Made by a program: the position numbers and the translations under genes
Notes under the pieces: generated by a model
Told to the model about the DNA's origin: nothing
Seen by the model: the letters and a program-made list of their open reading frames with translations, nothing else
The model's database searches: none
Part shown: positions 17,364 to 25,976 of the stretch, one piece after another
Position numbering within the stretch: position 1 is the stretch's first letter
Layout: each line of letters opens with the position of its first letter
Source: an uncultured Planctomycetia bacterium
Lineage (GTDB): Bacteria > Omnitrophota > Gorgyraeia > JABMRG01
Length of the DNA: 40,366 nt
Assembly: GCA_964493115.1 (NCBI GenBank)
Contig: CAZBNF010000002.1
Location: 4,461 to 44,826 of the forward strand
Reading direction: 5' to 3'

Positions 17364-17735
17364 CTAAATTGTACTTACCTTTTCCAGATTTTTATTCAGT
17401 GTAAAAATCTCAATACGTTCGCCAGTTGCCGGGTCAAAGCTTGAATGAATATCAATTACCTCGACATCGACTAGATTCTTAATCATCACTTCTAAAAGGG
17501 GTTTTGCTCTTTCGATAAGCTTTTCTTTCAGCTCTTTTATCAATTTCATACCTTCCTGATTTTTAACCAAAAATCTTTCTGCGGGAGGCATAACTCCTTT
17601 GAATCTTACTATTATTGCGTCACCCGCTACTTGAACAACCGCGGATTCGGCCTGCTCGCCCAGCTGCTCTTTCAAAAATTTGGTCATCGCCTCACTAACC
17701 GCAGATTCAATCTCCTGTTTCGCTTTGCCATTCAT
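17364..17735 (-). CDS. DUF2294 / MpsC family protein (divergent copy)
   Basis: EIESAVSEA..KF..EQLG, VRFKGVMPPAE, IHSSFDPATGERIEIFTL; paralogous to 20819-21199. Confidence 0.85.
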   Translation of the reverse strand: MNGKAKQEIESAVSEAMTKFLKEQLGEQAESAVVQVAGDAIIVRFKGVMPPAERFLVKNQEGMKLIKELKEKLIERAKPLLEVMIKNLVDVEVIDIHSSFDPATGERIEIFTLNKNLEKVSTI

Positions 17736-17766
17736 CTTTAGGTTACCTCCTTCTGATTTGGAATTT

Positions 17767-18657
17767 CTATTCCTCTTTATCCGTAATCATTTTAAGGGCC
17801 TGAAGATATTTCTCTGTTGTTTTATTGACTATCTCATCAGGTAACCCCGGTCCAGGTGATTCTTTATTCCAATCCAGCGTTTCTATATAGTCACGGACAA
17901 ATTGTTTGTCAAAACTTGGCTGACTCTTACCTGGCGCATAACTATCTTTTGGCCAGAAGCGGGATGAATCAGGTGTAAGCACCTCATCTATAAGAATAAT
18001 CTCATCGCAACTAAAGCCAAATTCAAACTTGGTATCGGCAATAATTATGCCTTTTGATTCTGCGTATCTATTCGCTTTTTCATATAGAGCCATACTTATA
18101 GCTTTTAATTTCGTAGCGACATCTTCTCCTATCATTCTTTCAATGTATTTTTGGGTGACGTTTATATCGTGCCCTACATCCTCCTTTGTTGCCGGAGTAA
18201 AAATCGGTTCGGGCAACTTGTCTGACTCTTTAAGCCCTTTGGGGAGCTTTACTCCGCAAATAGACTGTGTATCCTTATATTCTTTCCAACCAGAGCCGGA
18301 AAGATACCCTCTCACCACACATTCAACCGGCAAAGGCTTTGCCTTTTTAACCAGCATAGAGCGGCCGCGTAATGTTTCTTTATATTTTTGCACCTCTTCT
18401 GGAAACCCATCTACATTGGCAGTGAGAAAATGATTGGGAATTATATCCTTGGTAAACTTAAACCAGAACACTGAAAGCTGAGTTAAGACTTCCCCTTTAT
18501 GGGGAATTTCCGTAGGCAATACTACATCAAAGCAGGATATTCTGTCAGTTGCCACCATCAGAAACTTATCTTTTAGATTATAGATCTCCCGTACTTTCCC
18601 TCTTTTAAAAAACTCAATATCGCCGAGTCTTGAAAATTTCAGTGTATCATTGCTCAT
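17767..18657 (-). CDS. purC: SAICAR synthetase
   Basis: [58 protein letters not shown]; start placed at MSND after GGAGG. Confidence 0.97.
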   Translation of the reverse strand: MSNDTLKFSRLGDIEFFKRGKVREIYNLKDKFLMVATDRISCFDVVLPTEIPHKGEVLTQLSVFWFKFTKDIIPNHFLTANVDGFPEEVQKYKETLRGRSMLVKKAKPLPVECVVRGYLSGSGWKEYKDTQSICGVKLPKGLKESDKLPEPIFTPATKEDVGHDINVTQKYIERMIGEDVATKLKAISMALYEKANRYAESKGIIIADTKFEFGFSCDEIILIDEVLTPDSSRFWPKDSYAPGKSQPSFDKQFVRDYIETLDWNKESPGPGLPDEIVNKTTEKYLQALKMITDKEE

Positions 18658-18705
18658 CTTGAATACCTCCTTATGTTCTTCCATTTATCCTTACACGAAG
18701 TTTAA

Positions 18706-20622
18706 TTACTCTAGTTCCAAGCTTTCAGGAGAAATATAATCACCAAGGCGCTTTTGTGCTTGAAGTAAGCGATCCCGCTGCTGACTAAGCACCTCAAAGA
18801 GCGCCTGTGGCGCATCAGCAAGGTTCTCTCGATGAAATTTCTCCACCCGTTCAAGTTTGGCTAAATTTTCAGGAACACGAATGGTGAATTGCTTAATGTA
18901 GTCTTCCTTTGCGTAATCCTTATCCAAAACCTGCTTGAAAAGAATACGCAGGTTCTCATATTTAGGAATCCAGCCCGTAGGACCCTTTATCGCATCCACT
19001 TCATTATGCACACGCAGCTCCATCCACTTCACCCATACATGCTTGTCCCGAACACCGTTTAAGAATTTGCCTTCTTTATCTCGAAGAAAATAGTTAACGC
19101 CAAAGACAAGAGGTGTTTTCTTAAGTTTCTTACCAAATTCTAAGTTATTGCGGATATACTTACCTAAAGGAATAGAGATAAAATCCTGAATGCTCATAAG
19201 ATTTATCTCAGGGACGCCCTCTTTGCCAATAGTGGCAAAAGTTGTTTCTGTTTCTAATGCAGCGCCATAGGCAATAATACCATGCTCCCAATTAAAACTC
19301 TGCTGCACCGGCACATAGCTTTTTGCATCGCGGCCGCCATACATAATACCAGCTAACTCTACGCCTTGTGGATTATCAAGCTCGGGATCAACATTCTCCA
19401 ATGCCTTTAGAACTACAGCATAACGAGCGTTTTTGTGGGCAGGGGGAATTTTATTGCCTCCGCTATCAAGCATGCCTTCGTACCAAGAGCCAGAGAAATT
19501 TACTCCTTCTTTAGGAAGCTCGCAATCCATACCTAACCAATATGGCCTGCCATCTTTTACCAGAATATTGGAAAAGATTACCTCGCCAGGAGTAATAAGC
19601 ACTTTATGGATAGCAGGATCATCGCCAGGATTAACATTCTGAATAATCCCGAAGATTCCGGCTTCAGCATTCACTGCTTGGGCACAACCATCAATATTGC
19701 GAAAGTAGGCAATATCATCACCCACGATAGTTTCGCCAGGAAGCATTGCCGTAGAAGTCTTGCCGCAGGCGCTGGGAAAAGCACCTGCTAAATAGGTCTT
19801 GCGGCCATTCGGCCCGTGAACCCCCATTAAGAGCATATGTTCAGCAAGCCAACCCTCTTTGTCTGCTTTGCGAATGGTAAGGCGAAGGGCGAGCTTCTTT
19901 AAACCGACAGTATTGCCAGCATACTGAGTATTTACACTATAAATGGTGTCTTTGGTATAATCAATATAGATACGCTTTTTATCTGCCTCTACACTCACCA
20001 TATCCTCATTCATTTTTCCTGCCGAATGTAAAATACAAAAAAGTTCTGACTGTTCTGTTTTTTGCGTAAACCCCGTTAGATGTTTACTATCTAACGGGGT
20101 AAACATATCATAAGCTGACCGATAAAGAAGGTCTTCACTGTGAGCCACATACCAGGAATCGGTGCACTGCACACAAGGAATGCTGAATATAGAATTAGCC
20201 GGTCCCAGTGAAAGAAAGCGGACAATCATTGTGCGTCCCTGCATAGCGCCTTTAAGCAATACTTTTACTTCCGTCAAGCCTTCTTCGCGCTCAATCTGAT
20301 TAAGGGTCTTATTAAGTGAATCATCCTTAGGCACAAGATACTTCGTAACCTCACGGTCACGGCCCTGATCCTGCATCCCATCAAAGTGATAAGTATGTCC
20401 GGAAATCGCCAATGGTTTTTCCTCACCACCAGAGACTGCTTGTTGGCGTACATAAGCGATATCTTCTGAAGAATCGCTGCAGATAAATATTCTCTCAGGA
20501 TTACAGAGTTCGCAAGACTCAGCAATAAACTGCTGAACTTTAGGGCTAGCTATAGCATTCAGTTTCTCATAATCACGCTCACTCAATTTGGACTCCAATA
20601 CTTCTAGATACATTTTAGACAT
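18706..20622 (-). CDS. pckG: Phosphoenolpyruvate carboxykinase (GTP)
   Basis: YAGNTVGLKKLALR, WLAEHM, AFPSACGKTSTAM, VGDDIA, HKNARY, GGRD, VNYFLR. Confidence 0.95.
   Translation of the reverse strand: MSKMYLEVLESKLSERDYEKLNAIASPKVQQFIAESCELCNPERIFICSDSSEDIAYVRQQAVSGGEEKPLAISGHTYHFDGMQDQGRDREVTKYLVPKDDSLNKTLNQIEREEGLTEVKVLLKGAMQGRTMIVRFLSLGPANSIFSIPCVQCTDSWYVAHSEDLLYRSAYDMFTPLDSKHLTGFTQKTEQSELFCILHSAGKMNEDMVSVEADKKRIYIDYTKDTIYSVNTQYAGNTVGLKKLALRLTIRKADKEGWLAEHMLLMGVHGPNGRKTYLAGAFPSACGKTSTAMLPGETIVGDDIAYFRNIDGCAQAVNAEAGIFGIIQNVNPGDDPAIHKVLITPGEVIFSNILVKDGRPYWLGMDCELPKEGVNFSGSWYEGMLDSGGNKIPPAHKNARYAVVLKALENVDPELDNPQGVELAGIMYGGRDAKSYVPVQQSFNWEHGIIAYGAALETETTFATIGKEGVPEINLMSIQDFISIPLGKYIRNNLEFGKKLKKTPLVFGVNYFLRDKEGKFLNGVRDKHVWVKWMELRVHNEVDAIKGPTGWIPKYENLRILFKQVLDKDYAKEDYIKQFTIRVPENLAKLERVEKFHRENLADAPQALFEVLSQQRDRLLQAQKRLGDYISPESLELE
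20066..20104. repeat. 33-bp palindromic mini-element inserted in frame in pckG
   Basis: GTAAAC-CCCGTTAGAT-gtttact-ATCTAACGGG-GTAAAC; flanking GTAAAC direct repeats 33 bp apart; adds PLDSKHLTGFT. Confidence 0.8.
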
Positions 20623-20659
20623 CGCGCTTCCTCCTTTTTTTCTTAAAAAACGCCGTTAA

Positions 20660-20790
20660 AATAAAAAAACCAACATCATCTTCCGCTCATCTTTAGATGA
20701 ACTAAAAGATTTTGATGTTGGCTTACTCTACACCAATCCCGAAAGTTCGGGATCCTTGCCTCAGTCTACCAAAATATTCTATTTATACGC
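20660..20790 (-). promoter_or_regulatory. Attenuator-like 5' leader of the pckG operon
   Basis: Terminator stem CCAACATCA...TGATGTTGG (20721-20670) + U7 upstream of the RBS; an overlapping alternative hairpin TTGGT-gtagagtaa-GCCAA and an upstream hairpin ATCCCGA-actt-TCGGGAT. Confidence 0.65.
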
Positions 20791-20793
20791 AGT

Positions 20794-20822
20794 ATCTTAT
20801 TACAGAAAAATACGTTTGTCAA
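20794..20822 (-). promoter_or_regulatory. sigma70 promoter for the pckG-purC-... operon
   Basis: minus strand TTGACA (overlapping the DUF2294 stop), 17 bp, TAAGAT. Confidence 0.75.
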
Positions 20823-21199
20823 TCTTTTTCAATTATGAATCTGTTTTCTAAATTTTGCTCCAAAGTAAAAATAATCACTCTTTCTCCTGTTTTTGTGCTT
20901 ATATCAGTATGCAAACTCTTTATCTGGCAACCGGTAATCTCTGATACTATATTCTCAAGTAACACTCTGGCGCCTTCTAATAATTGCATTCGAGTTTTTT
21001 TTATCAACTCCGCTCCTTCGGCACTTTTTGTCAGTTGTTCCTCAGCCGCAGTAAGCACGCCTTTAAGCCGCACTAAAACCATATCTTTAATAATATAGAC
21101 CTTAGTCTCCTTAGGGCCTCTGCCCATATACTCCATTTCAAACTTTATTATTGCCTCTCCGATTTGAGATTCTATTTGACCTTTTGTCATATCAGGCAT
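20819..21199 (-). CDS. DUF2294 / MpsC family protein
   Basis: TKGQIESQI..F..EYMGRGP, VRLKGVLTAAE, SLHTDISTKTGERVIIFTL; AGGAG RBS. Confidence 0.92.
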   Translation of the reverse strand: MPDMTKGQIESQIGEAIIKFEMEYMGRGPKETKVYIIKDMVLVRLKGVLTAAEEQLTKSAEGAELIKKTRMQLLEGARVLLENIVSEITGCQIKSLHTDISTKTGERVIIFTLEQNLENRFIIEKD

Positions 21200-21623
21200 T
21201 TCGTTACTCCTTATTGCTCGTAGGTATATTTATATCATAATGTATTCAATATTGCAAGTCGATTTACGGGGAAAAAGGCTTTGAGCACAGGTAGGCCAAA
21301 AACGAAGCTTGAGCCCCGAGCACAAAAACTGCTTTGAGTGAGCAGGGCATTCCTCCTACCCCCTCTGCTGCCAAGAAAGATTTGATTTGCGCAACTAAAC
21401 TGGGATTGCTTCCCTCCGCAGGCGGGCAGGCGTCGCTTCGCTCAGATACAGGACATTAATTAAGAAAAGGATTGCATCAAAAATCGTTAAACGTTATAAT
21501 AAGCCTGAAACACGATATCAACGAGGTAACATACTTGTGCCAAATTTGTGCCATATTCATAGTATGCAAATAGAAACTATCCAAATAGATAAAAAGAGGT
21601 AACATTATACGAGGGGGTAAGAT

Positions 21624-21989
21624 ATGAAAAAGAAAGTACTAGGGCTTATAGGGGCACTCGAGATAGAGCTTACAGGGACTGATGATATAGCGGTTCTTGA
21701 TCTTGCCGGGCAGATAGACAGCTATACAGCTGAAGAAATAACAAAGATAATAGACTCTCATATAAATAACGGCAATTTCAAGATTATTGTCGACCTTACC
21801 CGTGTTGACTATTTGGACAGCTCCGGATTAAGCGCACTAATAAACGCAAAGACAATACTCGGCGAGCATACAGGCGACCTTCGTATAGTAGGTCTTAAAG
21901 GAAAGGCAAAAGAGGTCTTTGACCTTGCGTGCCTTACAGAGCTCTTTAACCTGTTTGACAGCCGGGAAAAGGCGTTTGAGGGGTTTTAA
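21624..21989 (+). CDS. STAS-domain anti-sigma factor antagonist (RsbV/SpoIIAA-like)
   Basis: LAGQIDSY, IVDLTRVDYLDSSGL (phospho-Ser motif); GAGGGGG RBS. Confidence 0.9.
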   Translation: MKKKVLGLIGALEIELTGTDDIAVLDLAGQIDSYTAEEITKIIDSHINNGNFKIIVDLTRVDYLDSSGLSALINAKTILGEHTGDLRIVGLKGKAKEVFDLACLTELFNLFDSREKAFEGF

Positions 21990-23806
21990 AACCTTATTTT
22001 AGCTCCGCAAAATATCTCTCTTCCTGGTAAGATATTATCTCGTATATCCCAATAAACCTCATTGGTCAGATTTTCTCCTGTAATGAATATGGTGCTGTAT
22101 TTATTGAGGTTATAATTCAGTGTAGCGCCCAGTAAAAGATAACTGCTATAGCCCTCCTTGTTCTTATATAATAACCTGATATTCTGTATTCCAAATGGCA
22201 GAATAATATCTGTCTGGGCAAACACCTTGTGGTCAGGGTGATTTAACGCGTATTTGGAGATATAATTCTGGGCTTGGTCAATATCTGAATTAATATAAGA
22301 ATAGCTCATTTTTATACGCAGCCACTTTAAAAATTTCGCATCCAGCTCTGCCTCTATGCCTTCTGTCTTTGTCCTGGCAATATTTGCTGCCTCATAAAAG
22401 TCCGGAGATAGTGGGGTCTTTATCCAGTCTATAAGGTCATCACAATCACGCCTGAAAGCTGTAAAGCTTAGGGCAATATCCTCATTATCTTTCAAAATAA
22501 AATCTATGCCTGCCTCATAACTTACTGATTTTTCTGTTGAAAGGTTTTTGTTGCCTTTGTTTGCAGAGCTGTCATAAAAAAGTTCTGTATAACCCGGCGG
22601 CCTTGCCGCTTTGGCTGCTGACGATCTCAACTTTATCCACGGCAATGGCTTAAAGAAAACGCCTGCCTGTGGCAATATTTGGGTATTATATTCTGAATAA
22701 TCATCAATACGGATAGACGCATCATAGCCGAAAACCTTGTTCTGGTAGTTCCTATAGGATAATGAATATGAATCTCTGCCTCTTGAATCATCTCCAAGGT
22801 TTGTGCTCTCTATACTCTGTCTGTTGATATCAACACCTGCTGTTACTAACCCAAAATCAAGCAGATCTGCTTCTGCTTCAACCTGCATACCTTTTATTAT
22901 CGTTCTATGATGATTAAGATAATAGTCTGGCCTGGCTATATCCAGCATATATTTATCGTGATGCCTTCTATAATATATTTTAGGTGTTATATTAAACCGC
23001 TCTACCTTAATATCAGTACTCCAGTTAACAAATAGCGTATCTGTCCATTCCTTGGAATTATATGGGCCATAAAAATCTGCCGCGCCAAACTCCTTTTCAC
23101 CATAACCGGCAAAGAGATAACTCGATATATTATCCCCTACCTCGAGAAGCCCTGATGATGAAACAGCAAACTCCTTGAAATCTGTGTCAAACCTCCATCC
23201 ATTAGATGTTGCCTCCTGGACTGAGAAGTTTATGCCTGAGGCCTCATTTTTTAAAGACAGATAGAGTGAGCTAGTTTGCGTTTCATCAGTGCCGTATTCG
23301 AAGAACATGCTGCCTTCATTCGCGACAGGCCTTTTAGTGGTAATATCAACTGCCCCTCCTATGGCAGACTGCGACCAGATTTGAGAAGATGCGCCTCTTA
23401 TGACAGTCATCTTTTCCATTGCTAAATCAGGTATTGCTAAATCCAGATTATGGTGTGCTGTTTGAGGGTCATTCAGGAGGATACCATTTACTGATATGTT
23501 TGTTTGCTGTGCTGTTGCGCCTCTTATGCTCAAGTCGGACTGGATACCAAAGATACTCCTCTTTGATATATCTACCCCTGCCTCCTGTTCAAGGATATCT
23601 TCAAAAGAGGCCGCGGGGCTCTCTTCGGGGTATAAGATGCTTATATTTTTTGTCTGATCCTGGCCTTCTGTTTCAAAAGGCTGAAGAGATACCGTGATAG
23701 GTTCAAGCTCTATTTCGTTAGAATAGGCTGTATAAGCGGGAGATAAAACAAGTATAGCCAAAAGCCCCACAGAAAATAAACCTTTAAATAAATACAAGTA
23801 TTTCAT
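21986..23806 (-). CDS. TonB-dependent receptor (BtuB-like)
   Basis: Signal peptide, plug SIRGA...NG, IGGAVDITT, beta-barrel ending NLTN..Y...PGRE...KIRF. Confidence 0.9.
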   Translation of the reverse strand: MKYLYLFKGLFSVGLLAILVLSPAYTAYSNEIELEPITVSLQPFETEGQDQTKNISILYPEESPAASFEDILEQEAGVDISKRSIFGIQSDLSIRGATAQQTNISVNGILLNDPQTAHHNLDLAIPDLAMEKMTVIRGASSQIWSQSAIGGAVDITTKRPVANEGSMFFEYGTDETQTSSLYLSLKNEASGINFSVQEATSNGWRFDTDFKEFAVSSSGLLEVGDNISSYLFAGYGEKEFGAADFYGPYNSKEWTDTLFVNWSTDIKVERFNITPKIYYRRHHDKYMLDIARPDYYLNHHRTIIKGMQVEAEADLLDFGLVTAGVDINRQSIESTNLGDDSRGRDSYSLSYRNYQNKVFGYDASIRIDDYSEYNTQILPQAGVFFKPLPWIKLRSSAAKAARPPGYTELFYDSSANKGNKNLSTEKSVSYEAGIDFILKDNEDIALSFTAFRRDCDDLIDWIKTPLSPDFYEAANIARTKTEGIEAELDAKFLKWLRIKMSYSYINSDIDQAQNYISKYALNHPDHKVFAQTDIILPFGIQNIRLLYKNKEGYSSYLLLGATLNYNLNKYSTIFITGENLTNEVYWDIRDNILPGREIFCGAKIRF

Positions 23807-23812
23807 AGAGAT

Positions 23813-23841
23813 ATTATAAGAAAGCTGAAACCTATTGTCAA
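23813..23841 (-). promoter_or_regulatory. Consensus sigma70 promoter, probably giving a leaderless TonB receptor mRNA
   Basis: TTGACA, 17 bp, TATAAT, 6 nt, then ATG; no Shine-Dalgarno. Confidence 0.75.
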
Positions 23842-23871
23842 CTTAAATTTATTATATAGTTAACATATAAC

Positions 23872-23974
23872 AACCACTCATGCCTTTATCTTCGCAGCGA
23901 TGGTATTTTTGCGGATTATTTAAAATCAAGGCAAAAAAAGCCAAATCGCTGCTCCGACAAAGGCATGAGTGGTT
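23872..23974 (+). repeat. ~100-bp imperfect palindromic repeat, copy A
   Basis: AACCACTCATGCCTTT...GCAGCGATGGTATTTTTGC...GGCAAAAAAAGCCAAATCGCTGC...AAAGGCATGAGTGGTT. Confidence 0.9.
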
Positions 23975-24007
23975 ATCTTTATAGATTTTGAGATTTCAAT
24001 TTTCCAG

Positions 24008-25939
24008 CTATTTCACCTTGAGGGCCATGATGGTGATATCATCGTGCTGGGGGGCGTTTTTGCGGAATTGCAGGACCTCTTTATAGATATTTTCTGTTAT
24101 CTCTTTTGCCGTCAAATTCTTATACCTTGAAACGCATGCCTTCAACCTGTCTTCTCCAAATTCCTCTTTTTTTATATTGCGCGCCTCTGTGACACCATCT
24201 GTATAAAGCACAAATGTGTCTCCCGGGGACATCGGTATCTCTTCTTTAGCGAATTCAACGCCATCCATGATACCTAATGCCATACCGCTCTTGGCTGTGA
24301 TCAGAGTCGTATCTTTGTCGTTTCCCGCAAAGATAACGGGAAGATGGCCTGCGTCAACGATAGAAAGCTTCATGTTTTTACCATCAACATTAAGATAGGT
24401 AAGTGTGACAAAAAGCCCTGATGTTGACTCTGTTGCTATCTGGTTGTTAAGCTCTGTGACGACTTTAACAGGATCAGCTTCAGTCTTTGAATGAAACCTG
24501 AAATTGCTTACTGTCATCGCCATAAAAAGTGCCGCGGGAACGCCTTTTCCTGAGACATCACCTATCATTATACCAAAGCTTTTATTGTCGTTTCGTACAA
24601 AATCATAAAGGTCTCCTCCTATTGATTTTGCTGGTTCCATCTTAAACCATATATCGAAGCCATCCTTTTCAGGAGGGGCCTGCCTTAAGAAACTCTGCTG
24701 TATCCTTTTGGCGATATCCAGGTCTCTCTGCATAAGGATTCTTTTATTTTGTTCAGCGATATATTGGTGAAATGTACAAAATACATAAACCCCCACTATA
24801 AGGAGCAGCGGATAAAACAGGTCTATCCAGATGTTAAAAAAGGCAAACAATCCAAATGCCACTGCTATAAACCCGAAGAATATAAAAACAGCTGACAGTA
24901 CCTCAAAAACAGGCTTAAATTTGAATACAGCTATCACAATAAGGCCTGACAGCACAATCAATATAAGGATATTTACAGCAGGGTCAACCCTTACTATAAA
25001 ATTCTTTAATAGTATTGTATTTATCAGGTTTGCATGAAGCCCTACCATGGGGTAGCGTTCCTGGAGAGGTATGGGGTTTAAATCATGTGTGGCAACCGCG
25101 GTAAGGCCTACAACACATATCTTGCCTCGGAGCTCTTCCAGGTCAAGAACTCCCTGCTTACCCTGATGAAGGTCTCTGTAAGATGTAAGTATATCTATAA
25201 ATGAATAATGCCGGAATGCCTGCCCCCAGTAACCGGCATAATTTATCATCATCTGCCCGTAAGAGTCTGTGGGTATTTTTATATCAGGGCTTAGCTTAAG
25301 GTATCTGCCCCTATCAACCTTTATATCAGTTATCTTTATGCCCAGCATATCGCATAAAGCAAGCAGGGATATCTGGGGTATTACCTTATCCTTATAGCTT
25401 ATAAAAAGAGGCGACTTTCTTCTTTTCCCGTCTATATCTGTTGCAGCGTTTATGTGGCCTATGCCGCGGGCTATTTTAAGCAGTTCGGGCATGGGTTCTG
25501 ACTCTATCTCAATGGCATCCGGGAACAACCCCTTTGGCCTGCCTTCGGAAAGCCTTAATGCAACGGGCAGATAGACATTTTTTGCCGCTGCAACACTCTC
25601 AACAAGTTTTACATCTGATTCATGGCTGCTTTTTGTGCTGAAAAGTATATCGAATATCACTGCCTTTGCGCCGCAGGCAGTAAGCGCATCCACTAATGCC
25701 GCGTGAAATTTTCTGTCTATGGGCCACTGGCCTATTTTTTCAAGGGTATCCTGGGCGATCTCGATTATGACAATATCGTCAACTGATTTTTGCGCAGGGC
25801 GGGTACGAAATCGGAGATCCAATGTGGAAAGCTCAAAAGTCTCAAACAGGTGAAGATAGGAGGCAAGTATCACCACAACAGGTATGGTTATAGCTATCAA
25901 ATATCTTAATGTTTTTTGGGGAAATTTTATTTTAGGCAT
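24008..25939 (-). CDS. CHASE2-domain membrane sensor fused to a SpoIIE/RsbU PP2C phosphatase
   Basis: IVIIEI..WP..R, FDILF, D.DG..R (CHASE2), three TM segments, GGDLYD, IGDVSGKG, YTDGVTE, HDDIT. Confidence 0.92.
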   Translation of the reverse strand: MPKIKFPQKTLRYLIAITIPVVVILASYLHLFETFELSTLDLRFRTRPAQKSVDDIVIIEIAQDTLEKIGQWPIDRKFHAALVDALTACGAKAVIFDILFSTKSSHESDVKLVESVAAAKNVYLPVALRLSEGRPKGLFPDAIEIESEPMPELLKIARGIGHINAATDIDGKRRKSPLFISYKDKVIPQISLLALCDMLGIKITDIKVDRGRYLKLSPDIKIPTDSYGQMMINYAGYWGQAFRHYSFIDILTSYRDLHQGKQGVLDLEELRGKICVVGLTAVATHDLNPIPLQERYPMVGLHANLINTILLKNFIVRVDPAVNILILIVLSGLIVIAVFKFKPVFEVLSAVFIFFGFIAVAFGLFAFFNIWIDLFYPLLLIVGVYVFCTFHQYIAEQNKRILMQRDLDIAKRIQQSFLRQAPPEKDGFDIWFKMEPAKSIGGDLYDFVRNDNKSFGIMIGDVSGKGVPAALFMAMTVSNFRFHSKTEADPVKVVTELNNQIATESTSGLFVTLTYLNVDGKNMKLSIVDAGHLPVIFAGNDKDTTLITAKSGMALGIMDGVEFAKEEIPMSPGDTFVLYTDGVTEARNIKKEEFGEDRLKACVSRYKNLTAKEITENIYKEVLQFRKNAPQHDDITIMALKVK

Positions 25940-25976
25940 TATTAGAAATAAAATTCACGCACTCATTATTTTAAAA

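Noticed and set aside
4147-21620. Intact prophage or ICE
   Set aside because: No integrase, relaxase, replication or structural genes; only att-like and arm-like relics.
23872-23974. Cobalamin riboswitch upstream of the TonB receptor
   Set aside because: It lies upstream of the receptor's promoter, lacks a B12 box and is one copy of a dispersed repeat.
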